Assembly: GCA_016845285.1 (NCBI GenBank)
Contig: JAERSX010000320.1
Coordinates: 1-35,909 of the forward strand
Source of the DNA: Deltaproteobacteria bacterium
GTDB taxonomy: Bacteria; Myxococcota_A; UBA796; UBA2385
Length of the DNA: 35,909 nt
Reading direction: 5' to 3'
Shown: positions 1 through 10,178 of the stretch, piece by piece
Position numbering within the stretch: position 1 is the first letter of the stretch
Layout of the letters: the number at the start of each line of letters is the position of its first letter
Program-made: the position numbers and the translations under genes
Notes under the pieces: model-generated
Told to the model about the DNA's origin: nothing
What the model saw: the letters and a program-made list of their open reading frames with translations, nothing else
The model's database searches: none

Positions 1-3000
1 CCCTCCGGCGTAGGACAAGCAGAGCAGGCGAAGGGTCGGGTCGACCTGGGGCGCCCGCTTGCGGGCTGCGGCGGCCCGGGGCTCGTCCAAGAAGCCAGCG
101 GCCTCCATGCGGCGGACGCCCTCCTGGATGGCGCCCACCAAGACGTCGACGTCGGCGTCGGAGTGAGCGGTTGACAGGAACATGGTCCGCCCCTCCCACA
201 CGTAGACACCCTGGTCGAGCAGGTGAGCGAAGAGCAGGTCCAGCTTGCGAGACATCTTGAAGCGGAAGAGCGAGCCCGCGTTGACCACCTCGATGGGCAC
301 GTCATTGTCGGCGAACCACCCATTCAGCCGGATGGCGAGGTCGTCGGTCTTGGCGTTCAGCGCCTCCTGCAGAGTGGGTCCGGCCTCCTTCATGTGGGTG
401 AGTGCGGCGTGTGCGGCAGCGAGAGTCACCGGGTTCTTGTTGAAGGTGCCCGCGAACCACACCGTGTCGGTCTGGGGCGTAGAGTCGTCGCCAAAGACCC
501 AAGAGCCACCGTCAATGCAGTCGAGCCAGCGGGCGTCGCCGGCCAGCAACCCGATGGGCATGCCACCACCCACGATCTTGCCGTAGGTGACGATGTCGGC
601 CTCGATGCCGTACCAGGCCTGCGCCCCGCCTTGAGCCAGACGGAAGCCCACCATGACCTCATCGAAGATGAGGGCCACGTCGGCATCACGGGTCCAGGCC
701 CGCAGCTGGTGCAGAAACTCGCGCGGCTGGAGATCTGGCCGCCGACTCTGGACCGGCTCGACGATGACAGCCGCCAGTTCGTGGGCGTGCGCCGCCAGTG
801 TACGCAGTGCCTGCTCGCTGCCGTATTCGAGCACCAACACATCGTCGTACATGCCTGGTGCGCATCCCTCGAGGCGGGGAATGGGAGCGAGCACGCCATC
901 GAAGGAGCCATGGTAGGCGCCGGCGAACATGGCCACTCTGGGCCGCCCCGTGGCGGCGCGTGCCACACGCAGGGCGTTCATGACGGCCTCGGAACCCGTG
1001 TTGCAGAAGGCCACACGGTCCACCTTGGTGAGCTCGCAGACGAGTGCAGCCACATCGTTTGCTGACTCGCCCTGCGGACCAATCTGGAGACCCCGACTGA
1101 TCTGCTCGGTGAGCGCCTCGGCGATGAAGGGAGGGGTGTGCCCGAAGAGGTGCACACCGAAGCCCATGGTGAAGTCGATGTACTCGTTGTCGTCGATGTC
1201 CCAGAAGCGGGAGCCCCGCGAGCGTGTGGCGACCACGGGGTAGCAGAGTTGCTTGAGTGACAACCACTCTCCACGAACCGTAGCCGGGAAGGCCGCTCGG
1301 AATCCCGCGGAGGAGCGCACATCGGCGAGGAAGCTGTGACCCTCGGCCTTGCGTTCCTTGGAGCTCGGGAGGCGTGCTGCGAGGCGATCGGCCAACACCT
1401 GGATGTGGGCCCGCTGCTGCTCGGTCCAGGCCGACGTGGAGGCCTCGACGGTCTCGGCACGGTGAGCCCCGGTGGTCTCGACCACGGGTGCGACCATGGC
1501 ACGGGTGGTCTCTCGGCTGGGGCCAGCCCGACCGGGAACCTGCTCAGCGAGATGACGTGCGAGGTCCACAGGACGGGGGAAGCGGTTGAGGATGTCGCTC
1601 AGGGCAACGCGCACACCAAACTCAACCTGGATGCGCTGCACCCCCTCCACCAGCATCAGCGAGTCCACACCGAGCTCGATGAATGGGGTCTCCATGGACA
1701 CTGCCGACGCATCATAGTGGAGCAGATCGGCGATGATCTCCCGCAACCGGGGACCCACTTCGCGGTCCCGACGTGCCGTCTTCACGATGGGTGCGGAGTT
1801 CTCCTCGGGAGTAGCGAGCTGGAAGAGCAGGGGCGCGGAAGCCGGTGCCTGAGGGACCTCGACCCAGTAGCTCCGCTCATGGAAGCGGTAGGGCGGAAGG
1901 CTCGGCAAGGTCTCCGAACCGCGACCCTGGACCCGCTCCCAGTCGACCGAAATGCCGTTGACGTGGAGCGAGACCAAGGATCGGAGAATCCGCTCCCCTG
2001 CCGCAGACCGAGGAGAGGTCGAGGGAAGACGCAGGACGCCCGGGTCCTTGACCACACGCTGGTGCATGGCGAGCAAGGTGCCGCGGGGGCCGAGCTCGAT
2101 ACAGGCTCGCACGCGCGCCTTCATGCGGCCCAGGGTCCCCATGGCATCGGCGAAACGCACTGGGCTCAGGAGCTGGTCGACCCAGTACTCGGGCCGGGCG
2201 ATCTCCTCGCCCACCAGCTCACCGGTCATGCTCGAGATCATGGGGATCTGCGGCGGCGAGAGCTGCACGCCCGACATGACAGCCCGAAGCGGAGCCCCAG
2301 CGGGGTCCATCAGCGGTGAGTGGAAGGCGTGGGAGACAGCCAGTGGCCGCACGCCGACACCGCTGGCACCGAGCAGCTCGGCGCCAACACGGATGGCCTC
2401 GGTGTCACCCGAGAGCACCACCTTGCCTGGCGTGTTCACGGCGCTGATCACGAGCTCACCGTCCACCTGGGCGATGAGCTCTTCGACCACCGCAGCCTCG
2501 GCCGCAACAGCCAGCATGGCCCCCGGGGGACAAGCCTGCATGAGACGTCCACGCTCCGTCGCCAGCCTCAGGCCGTCCTCGAAGCTGACCACACCGGCCG
2601 TCCAAGCCGCAGCGAGCTCACCCACGCTGTGGCCTACCACCACGTCGGGCTCGACCCCCCACGAGCGCCACAGGCGGGCCAGCGACACCTGGAAGGAGAA
2701 CAGCGCGGGTTGGACCCACTCGGTGTCGGTGGTGACATCGCCATCCTGGGCCAGCATGGGCTCTAGGAGGGGTCGATCCAGGTAGAGCGAGGCGATGGCA
2801 TCGGCCTCGTCCATGGACGCCCGGAAGACGGGCCAGGTGAGGTAGAGCTCACGGGCCACGCCACCGAGCGGCGTGCCCTGGCCGCTGAACAGCCACGCCA
2901 GCGCTGCACGGCCCTTGGCACTGCTGCCCTGCACCCCACGGAGCGAGCTGCCTTCGCTCAGGTAGGCCTCCAGCTCTCCCACGAGCTGCTCTCGGTCGGA

Positions 3001-6000
3001 CACGACCCAGCCGGCCCGGTGCTCGAGGCCGCCCCGAGACACGGTCGCCGCCGCACAAAACTCACGGATGTCGGAGGAGGACGAAGAAGAGCGGAGGCAG
3101 TCGAGAAAGCTGCTTGCCTGAGCCACCAGATCTTCGGGGTGGGGCGCGCTCAGTGCGAACACGGACAGGCCCTCGACGACACGCTGCGGCGCCTGTTCCT
3201 GCCGCGGCGCCTCCTCGAGGATGACGTGGGCATTGGTGCCAGACATGCCAAAGGAGCTGACGGCCGCCAGACGGGGGATGTCGCCCCGGCACCAGGGCTC
3301 GGGGGTCGTGGGCACCCGCACGGGAATTTCGTCCCAGCGAATGAGCGGGCTCGGCTTCTCGAGATGGAGGTGGGGCGGTATGACCTCGTGGCGTAGGCTC
3401 AGCGCCGCGCGCAACAACCCGGTCACTCCGGCAGCGGCCTCGAGATGCCCGAAGTTGGACTTTCCCGAGCCAACGAGTAGGGGCGCCTCAGCGGGTCGGT
3501 CCTTGCCGTAGGTGTCGACCAGGGCAGCCATCTCGATTGGGTCGCCCAGACGGGTGCCGGTGCCATGGGCTTCGACGTAGCCGATCTCGCTCGGCTGGAC
3601 GCCCGCTTGGGCCATGGCCTTCTCAATGACAGCGCGCTGTGCTGTGCCGTTGGGGGTGGTCAGCCCGAAGCTCTTGCCATCGTGGTTGATGGCCGAGCTG
3701 CGGATCACAGCCACCACATGATCGCCATCCCGGACCGCGTCGGCGTACCGCTTCAACACGACGAAGGAGCAACCCTCAGCGCGTCCGAACCCATCTGCCG
3801 AGGCGTCGAAGGCCTTGCAGCGACCGTCAGGGGAGAGAGCACCGATCGAGCTGAAGTACACCGAACCCGACGGCGACAGCATGAGGTTCACGCCACCGGC
3901 CATCGCCAGGTTGGTTTCGCCCGTGCGGAGCCCTTGACAGGCGAAGTGCAACGCCACCAGCGAGGACGAACACGACGTGTCCAGGGACACTGCGGGACCG
4001 TGGGTGCCCAGGACATGAGACAAGCGTCCGGCAGCGGTGCTGGCCGCGTTGCCGGTGCCCACGAAGGGATCACTCCACCACTGGGTACCTCGCTGAGCGT
4101 GGTGCTCGGTGTAGTCGCGGTTGGAGATGCCCAGGTAGATCCCAGTCTGGCTCCCGGTCAGCCCGCCTGATGTCTGTCCCGCGTTCTCCAGCGCCTGCCA
4201 GGCCACCTGGAGCACCAAGCGCTGCTGGGGATCCATGCTGCGGGCCTCAGCCGGCGAGACTCCGAAGAATCGGGCGTCGAACCCGTCGACACGGGGCAAG
4301 AAGCCGCCTTGTCGGGTGACCGACAGACCCGAGCCTACCGAGGGGTCGTAGAAGGCGTCTGCGTCCCAGCGGTCACTCGGGACCATCGAGACCGCGTCGA
4401 CACCCTCGATGAGAGCAGACCAGAGGGCACTGCCGTCGTCCACACCTGGCAAGCGACAGCCAAAGCCGATGATGGCGATGCTGTCCGCCAGTCGATCCGG
4501 CCGCTCGGAGACACCTTCGGCCGAGGACCCCGGCGAGCTCAACGTGGTTGCCCTGGGGCTCCGAAGCGACTCCACCTCGCGGAAGCGGGCCGGCTCATGT
4601 TCGGCATGGGCAGGAGCACCCACCTCCTCTTCGGTGAGCTCGGTCGCGAGATGATCCGCCATCTGGCGAATTGTGGGTTGATCAAACGGGAGGTTCAGGG
4701 GAACCGAACGACCCAATGCTGCCTCTAGATCATCGACGAGCAGGGTCACCTCGAGGGAATCCACGCCAAAGACGGCGATAGGGGCCTCCAAGTCGACCTC
4801 GTCGGCCCCGATACCCGCCACCTTGGCGAGACGCTGGGACAGCCAACCCTCGAGCACGACAGCCTTACCGTTCCGGGTCAGCGCCTCCAGGTCGAGGCGA
4901 CCATCTTCTACAGGCTCCTCGACCACGGCGGTGGGAGACGCAGCACGAGCACGAGACCATGCAGGAATGAAGTACTCTTCGAGAGTGCCGGTGTCGACGC
5001 CCTCACGAACCTTGTGGCGCTGGACCTTGCCACTCGAAGTCTTGGGAAGCTCACCCTTGGGCAAGATGACGACACCACCCAAGGCCAATTCGTGCGCAGA
5101 CATGACGCGGATGATGATCTGATCGACCATCGTCGCACGTTCATCATCGCCCAGAGCCGAGCGCGCCTCGACGGCCACCACGACACCTTGGGTCTCAGTA
5201 CTCACGGCCACCGTGCAGCCAGGACGCACAGCCAGACCCGACGTCTCTACCGAATGCTCGATGTCCTGAGGATAGTGGTTCTGCCCCCGGACGATGATGA
5301 GGTCCTTGATGCGTCCACTGATGAAGATCCGTCCATCACGGACGAAGCCGAGATCGCCCGTGCGCAGCATGGGCCCCTCGCCCTGCACCGGTGCCTCGAA
5401 GACCTCTGCAGTCAGTTCATCGCGATTCCAATATCCGGCGGCGAGGTTGGCACCGCCAAGACAGATCTCTCCCGTGGTGCCGTCGGGGACGGGCTTCAGC
5501 GTGTCGGGATCGGCAATCACCACTCTCTGTCCATCCGACGGAACACCACAGGACACCACGCCATCCACCGCCTGCCGGTGCCCCGGCTGGTCGTGTTCAC
5601 CGCTGATGTACAGCGTGCCTTCCGCCAAGCCGTAGCAAGGAAATGCAGCGCGCGGATTGAAGCCGCTAGGTGCGAACGCCTCCGCAAAGCGATCCAAAGT
5701 CGCGGCACGTACGGGCTCGGCCCCATTCAACGCCACCCGCCAGGTGCTGAGATCGAGAGCGGCTCGCGTCTCAGGCGTCGTCTTACGTACACACAGATCG
5801 TACGCGAAATTGGGGCCCCCGCTGATCGTCGCACGATATCTATGCACCGCCTGGACCCAACGGGCCGGCCGCTGCAGGAAGTCCAGCGGCGACATCAGGT
5901 ACATCGGAAAGCCCGCATACACAGGCTGAAGCAGCTTTCCCACGAGCCCCATGTCGTGGTAGAAGGGCAGCCAGGACACCCCCACGCTCTCTGGCCCGGC

Positions 6001-6642
6001 ACCGGTTCCCTGCTGGATCATGGCCTCGTTGGCCATGAGGTTGCCGTGTGTGACCATGACCCCCTTGGGCGTACTCGTGGAGCCTGAGGTGTACTGCAGA
6101 AACGCCAACTCCGTAGTGGCAGGCCGCCAGTCGACGTCGTCCTCTTCGTCTCCGGGGCCGACCTCGTCGGTGGCCAAGACCACCAGCTTCGCGAGCGACT
6201 GTGAATACTTGTAGAGCATCGGCATCATCGACGCAATCAGTGAGTTTGAGAGCACCAGCTTGGCCCCACAATCCTCCACGATCGACACGAGCCGAGGCAC
6301 AGTGCGCTCGAGGCGCATGAGGTCTGGTGGATAGGCCGGCACGGCGACGATGCCCGAATAGAGACAGGCCCAGAAGCCCACCACGTAGTCCACGCCCGGC
6401 GGGTAGAGCAGCAGGGCACGATCGCCCGGCTCGGCATTCTGGCGCAGAACCACTGCGAGGCCGCGAGCCAATGCGTCAAGGTCAGCGTAGGAGACACCAA
6501 GAGCGTCACCATCACCATGTTCCAGAAAACCGTAACAACGGCGATCGGGCTGAGTCGAAGCCCGCATGCGCAAGACCTCTGTCAACGTCGCCGCACTCAG
6601 CGGGTGAGAAGACCTGCGTACAGCCAGATTGGGTGCGAGCAC
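1..6642 (-). CDS. Hybrid fatty acyl-AMP ligase/type I PKS/aminotransferase megasynthase (FAAL-ACP-KS-AT-ACP-AMT-start of TE); 3' end lies outside the window
   Basis: Not in the ORF track, most likely because the frame has no stop inside the window. I translated it by hand at several points and all motifs fall in one frame. GTG start at 6642, with an in-frame TGA upstream at 6694-6696. FAAL: DRALLLYPPGVDY and FLQYTSGSTSTPKG (~6100). ACP1: FGVDSL (~4760). KS: DTSCSSSL (Cys at 3972-3970), EAHGTGT, KSNFGHLEAAAG. AT: GHSVG (~2630) and HAFHS (~2325). ACP2: LGVDSL (~1665). Class-III PLP aminotransferase: FDEV and TYGKIVGGGMP (~575). The last residues, RLLCLSYAGG, resemble a thioesterase N-terminus. 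Confidence 0.93.
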   Translation of the reverse strand, partial: MLAPNLAVRRSSHPLSAATLTEVLRMRASTQPDRRCYGFLEHGDGDALGVSYADLDALARGLAVVLRQNAEPGDRALLLYPPGVDYVVGFWACLYSGIVAVPAYPPDLMRLERTVPRLVSIVEDCGAKLVLSNSLIASMMPMLYKYSQSLAKLVVLATDEVGPGDEEDDVDWRPATTELAFLQYTSGSTSTPKGVMVTHGNLMANEAMIQQGTGAGPESVGVSWLPFYHDMGLVGKLLQPVYAGFPMYLMSPLDFLQRPARWVQAVHRYRATISGGPNFAYDLCVRKTTPETRAALDLSTWRVALNGAEPVRAATLDRFAEAFAPSGFNPRAAFPCYGLAEGTLYISGEHDQPGHRQAVDGVVSCGVPSDGQRVVIADPDTLKPVPDGTTGEICLGGANLAAGYWNRDELTAEVFEAPVQGEGPMLRTGDLGFVRDGRIFISGRIKDLIIVRGQNHYPQDIEHSVETSGLAVRPGCTVAVSTETQGVVVAVEARSALGDDERATMVDQIIIRVMSAHELALGGVVILPKGELPKTSSGKVQRHKVREGVDTGTLEEYFIPAWSRARAASPTAVVEEPVEDGRLDLEALTRNGKAVVLEGWLSQRLAKVAGIGADEVDLEAPIAVFGVDSLEVTLLVDDLEAALGRSVPLNLPFDQPTIRQMADHLATELTEEEVGAPAHAEHEPARFREVESLRSPRATTLSSPGSSAEGVSERPDRLADSIAIIGFGCRLPGVDDGSALWSALIEGVDAVSMVPSDRWDADAFYDPSVGSGLSVTRQGGFLPRVDGFDARFFGVSPAEARSMDPQQRLVLQVAWQALENAGQTSGGLTGSQTGIYLGISNRDYTEHHAQRGTQWWSDPFVGTGNAASTAAGRLSHVLGTHGPAVSLDTSCSSSLVALHFACQGLRTGETNLAMAGGVNLMLSPSGSVYFSSIGALSPDGRCKAFDASADGFGRAEGCSFVVLKRYADAVRDGDHVVAVIRSSAINHDGKSFGLTTPNGTAQRAVIEKAMAQAGVQPSEIGYVEAHGTGTRLGDPIEMAALVDTYGKDRPAEAPLLVGSGKSNFGHLEAAAGVTGLLRAALSLRHEVIPPHLHLEKPSPLIRWDEIPVRVPTTPEPWCRGDIPRLAAVSSFGMSGTNAHVILEEAPRQEQAPQRVVEGLSVFALSAPHPEDLVAQASSFLDCLRSSSSSSDIREFCAAATVSRGGLEHRAGWVVSDREQLVGELEAYLSEGSSLRGVQGSSAKGRAALAWLFSGQGTPLGGVARELYLTWPVFRASMDEADAIASLYLDRPLLEPMLAQDGDVTTDTEWVQPALFSFQVSLARLWRSWGVEPDVVVGHSVGELAAAWTAGVVSFEDGLRLATERGRLMQACPPGAMLAVAAEAAVVEELIAQVDGELVISAVNTPGKVVLSGDTEAIRVGAELLGASGVGVRPLAVSHAFHSPLMDPAGAPLRAVMSGVQLSPPQIPMISSMTGELVGEEIARPEYWVDQLLSPVRFADAMGTLGRMKARVRACIELGPRGTLLAMHQRVVKDPGVLRLPSTSPRSAAGERILRSLVSLHVNGISVDWERVQGRGSETLPSLPPYRFHERSYWVEVPQAPASAPLLFQLATPEENSAPIVKTARRDREVGPRLREIIADLLHYDASAVSMETPFIELGVDSLMLVEGVQRIQVEFGVRVALSDILNRFPRPVDLARHLAEQVPGRAGPSRETTRAMVAPVVETTGAHRAETVEASTSAWTEQQRAHIQVLADRLAARLPSSKERKAEGHSFLADVRSSAGFRAAFPATVRGEWLSLKQLCYPVVATRSRGSRFWDIDDNEYIDFTMGFGVHLFGHTPPFIAEALTEQISRGLQIGPQGESANDVAALVCELTKVDRVAFCNTGSEAVMNALRVARAATGRPRVAMFAGAYHGSFDGVLAPIPRLEGCAPGMYDDVLVLEYGSEQALRTLAAHAHELAAVIVEPVQSRRPDLQPREFLHQLRAWTRDADVALIFDEVMVGFRLAQGGAQAWYGIEADIVTYGKIVGGGMPIGLLAGDARWLDCIDGGSWVFGDDSTPQTDTVWFAGTFNKNPVTLAAAHAALTHMKEAGPTLQEALNAKTDDLAIRLNGWFADNDVPIEVVNAGSLFRFKMSRKLDLLFAHLLDQGVYVWEGRTMFLSTAHSDADVDVLVGAIQEGVRRMEAAGFLDEPRAAAARKRAPQVDPTLRLLCLSYAGG

Positions 6643-6965
6643 ACACCACCCCCGTGGGCAGATTGAGGATTCGGGATCATTATCGTAAGCAGATCACAGT
6701 AGCAAGCCTATCCACAGTGCCGTAACTGTAGAACGAACGGGCACATGCAGGTAGCTCGGACAGGCCATGCGCCGCATGGACGTCTCCCATATCATGGGCT
6801 TTCCCCTCCTCCACCGGCGTATCGTCCAGGAACTACAGACAGGCCTGGCCCACTTCACATCCACTGTGCACACCACACTTGACCACACCCCCTCATCGTC
6901 ATAGTTTCGGAGCGCCACGGCACCGAGAACACACCACTCATGCTGCCCAACGGAGGACCTCTGCA

Positions 6966-7856
6966 ATGGCCCCTAGTGTCGTAACAGACTCAGCAATCGC
7001 GGGAACGCCACCGGTCTCTTACAGCCGGGACGCCATACCCAATGATCAACAGTTGCCAGCCTACACGCTCACCGGACTCCGGCGAGCCTTCTTCATGGCG
7101 ATCTACGTGACCGCCGTCGTCGTCTCTTTCGGCGGCATCGCATTCAGTCTCTTCGTCAACCCGCTGCTCGCCGTCTTCGGGGTCGTCACTGCTTACCTGG
7201 TCAACAACTACGCATTCTCGATCACGCACGTCCGGTACCACAGCAGCTTCATCGAGCTGCCCGAGTCGAAGATGGAGGTGCTGCTACACACCTCCTTCAT
7301 CCACCACTACCGGGACACCGAGGCCTACCACAAGACTTGGCTCGAGTCGCGAGTCAGCTACTTCGTCGATCCGAAGGATGGTATCTTCAGCTCGATCTTC
7401 CTGGCCATGGTGCCAGCAACGCTGATCATTTCGGCCTTCTTGTACACATACAGCCCTGTGCTCGGCGTCACCTACCTGTCCACCATCTGGGCAGCCCAGC
7501 TTCTCCAGGGCTCCATTCACGAGTGGTACCACTACCCCAAGCGGAGGCGGCTCGAATACTTCCACCCGGCGACCCACTACTTCTTCACCTTCCTTGAGAA
7601 GGTCCGCATCGCCGACGGAAAGCGTCACTCCTACCACCACCGCCACCAGCTCCACAACCTCCAGGACGTCGAGCTTTGGCTCGATCTCGCCATCCCCTGG
7701 GGAGACAAGCTTCCAACCTACCTCTGGAAGAAGGTGCTGAAGCTCTACCGGCCGGGCGAGATCCGCATGGTGCCGGCGATCAGCATCCTGATCTACTTCA
7801 CCTACGTCTTCCTGCACAGTCTGCTCACCTTCGGGTACATCCAGCTCTTCGCGTAG
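6966..7856 (+). CDS. Membrane His-box lipid desaturase/hydroxylase, CarF/TMEM189/FAD4-like
   Basis: ATG at 6966 with GGAGG RBS. Several hydrophobic TM segments. His motifs HVRYH, FIHHY, IHEWYH and HSYHHRH; the IHEWYH...FLEKVRI...KRHSYHH spacing resembles the TMEM189/CarF IHKWSH...LQ...HHRIHH pattern. Confidence 0.7.
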   Translation: MAPSVVTDSAIAGTPPVSYSRDAIPNDQQLPAYTLTGLRRAFFMAIYVTAVVVSFGGIAFSLFVNPLLAVFGVVTAYLVNNYAFSITHVRYHSSFIELPESKMEVLLHTSFIHHYRDTEAYHKTWLESRVSYFVDPKDGIFSSIFLAMVPATLIISAFLYTYSPVLGVTYLSTIWAAQLLQGSIHEWYHYPKRRRLEYFHPATHYFFTFLEKVRIADGKRHSYHHRHQLHNLQDVELWLDLAIPWGDKLPTYLWKKVLKLYRPGEIRMVPAISILIYFTYVFLHSLLTFGYIQLFA

Positions 7857-7884
7857 TGCCGACAGGCCGTTCGCGTCCCCAGCT

Positions 7885-7914
7885 GACACCCCAGTGGTGC
7901 CCGCTGGGGGCGTC
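7885..7914. terminator. GC-rich hairpin between convergent genes, possible bidirectional terminator
   Basis: Stem ccccagtgg / ccgctgggg (one G-U pair) with a tgc loop and flanking gac/gtc pairing. No U-tract. Confidence 0.3.
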
Positions 7915-7942
7915 GCCAATTGGGGAGAGAGAGGACCCCGCC

Positions 7943-9430
7943 TCAGCGGCAGCGATGGTCGGGGCCGTACGCGTCCCAGAACATGGCCGCGGTGCTCAGC
8001 GTCATGGCCTCCCGGGCATCCACCCCGGAAGGGAACGCAGCCGCGGCCATGTGGGGCGGAAGCAAGGGCATGTCGAGGTCGGGGCCCCCGGGCCAGTCGG
8101 CCGAGGCCAGTCCCGGCTCCAGGCACGACACGACCTGCTCCGGGGCGTTGTACCGGACCGGTAGCCCCCGCTCGTAGGCAGCCTCGTAGACCAGCCGAAC
8201 GTTGGCGCGGTGCGTCAGGGTGACGGCGTGAGGCACCTCGGTGTAGGCCAGGCCGAGGCGCCAGTCAGCCAGCTCGGCAGCCTCGCTCACAGACGCCAGC
8301 ATGTGGCGGGTGCTCCAGAAGGCCACGGTCGCCTCGGGATCCTCGACATGGGTGGGCCAGTCGTCCAGCGACAGCACACCGGCATCCATGGCTGCAGCCA
8401 GCACCTGGGGGGTGAACACGTGGCGCTCGGAGCCACCGGCTCGGGTGACCAGATCGCGGAGGGGGGGCAGGATGGCGTCCTCGTCCTCACCGATGACCCC
8501 GTCGCCGTCCACGTCGGGGTGGCCGTCGACGAGGTCCAGCTTCCCGGAGTGGTCGCGGTCCAGGTAGAGCACGCCCGGTGGCGCGCTGGTCGTGCTGACG
8601 CCAAAGACATCGTCCATGGACACCTCCTCGGTCCAGCGGATCGTGTCCAGCTCCATGGGGCAGTCGACCTCGTCGCATCCGGCCTCGTCGAGGGACCGGT
8701 TCCGGCCCTCGTCCCAGGGGATGCCGTTGTCGTCGTGGTCGGTCTCGGGATGCGGATCCATCCACAAGGCACCCGCGTCTGGCCCCACCATGGCCGGCAG
8801 GCTCGGCGGTTCGTAGGCCACCAGGCCCACGACGTGGGGGGCGAGGAGCTCTGCGTCACGGGCCAGCGCCCGCATCCCCACCATGCTCCCCGACGAGCGC
8901 GCCGCGATCACCACCTCGTCTCCGCAGACGGGCACGCCGCTCGACATGGGCAAGGAGGCCCCATCGACGCCCGTCCGCTCGCCCGCCGCGAAGAGCACGG
9001 CCTCTCGCACGGCGGTCACGCTGGCCTCACCGGCGTAGTCGAAGTCCCCGGAGGTGTGGTGGCCCGCGACGCCCATGCCCGGGGGAACCACGGTGACCTC
9101 CACCAGGCCGCCGCTCGCCGAGAGGTTGGGCACGAAGTCACGGGTCCAGCCCGCTGCAGGACTCAGGGCCGCAGGAAGCACCACCACGACGGGCGCCCCC
9201 TCGGTCCAGGCCGTCTCCCCGCTCGCAGGCCAGGCCACGATGACTGCGAGCTCGTCGAAGGCGTCGGTCTGGACCGACACCACCCGCCAGGCCATGCCAG
9301 CAGGGTCGACCGCCTGCGCCACCGCACCGCCGCCCCGACACGTTGGGGTCGGGGTGGTCGGTCCAGCTCCACCTGGAGAGGGCTGGCAAGACCACAGCAC
9401 AGCACACGCAGAGAGGCGAAGACACGACAT
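7943..9430 (-). CDS. Secreted/lipoprotein alpha/beta-hydrolase-like protein with Ca-binding DxDxDG-type loops
   Basis: N-terminal signal ending LWSC, a P/T linker, nucleophile-elbow-like ARSSG, and DRDHSGKLD / DVDGDGVIG loops. Acidic composition typical of real genes here. Confidence 0.6.
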   Translation of the reverse strand: MSCLRLSACAVLWSCQPSPGGAGPTTPTPTCRGGGAVAQAVDPAGMAWRVVSVQTDAFDELAVIVAWPASGETAWTEGAPVVVVLPAALSPAAGWTRDFVPNLSASGGLVEVTVVPPGMGVAGHHTSGDFDYAGEASVTAVREAVLFAAGERTGVDGASLPMSSGVPVCGDEVVIAARSSGSMVGMRALARDAELLAPHVVGLVAYEPPSLPAMVGPDAGALWMDPHPETDHDDNGIPWDEGRNRSLDEAGCDEVDCPMELDTIRWTEEVSMDDVFGVSTTSAPPGVLYLDRDHSGKLDLVDGHPDVDGDGVIGEDEDAILPPLRDLVTRAGGSERHVFTPQVLAAAMDAGVLSLDDWPTHVEDPEATVAFWSTRHMLASVSEAAELADWRLGLAYTEVPHAVTLTHRANVRLVYEAAYERGLPVRYNAPEQVVSCLEPGLASADWPGGPDLDMPLLPPHMAAAAFPSGVDAREAMTLSTAAMFWDAYGPDHRCR

Positions 9431-9530
9431 GGTCGAACCTTGGCGGCGCCACCCGAATGGTCTCCCGAGATCTGCTGGTGCTGCGTGACGAGTAGGTCAC
9501 GAGGAGCCTCGAGTGGCGCCGCAGGGGGGA

Positions 9531-9881
<351 letters not shown>

Positions 9882-10178
9882 GGTTTCTCCTTCGGAGCGT
9901 TGTGTCCGTCCTTGCTCCGACTCTTCAGACCCTCCTGGCACCTCGATGCGCAGATCCAGGCGTACCTCCACGGAGGTACACCCATGCGGTGAGCACCGCT
10001 GGCCCGTGGGCGAGCGACGGTCGGCGCCTGGAGATCTGCTCGCGTGCCCGGCTCGCACCCCTCGACCAGGCCGAGATCGACACGGTGGGAGCCGAAGCCT
10101 GACACCTCCGTCCTCAGATCACCCCGGGCGAGTCGAGCACCTCACGGATAGGATCCCCGTGCACCGGAGACTACGACC

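Noticed and set aside
100..1400. Stand-alone hemL (glutamate-1-semialdehyde aminomutase)
   Set aside because: The aminotransferase is in frame with the upstream ACP/AT/KS domains, so it is a PKS-embedded domain.
223..6087. Series of long + strand ORFs (223..1065, 1336..2319, 3565..4170, 5014..6087 and others)
   Set aside because: They are antisense shadows in register with the minus-strand PKS codons and carry no recognisable motifs.
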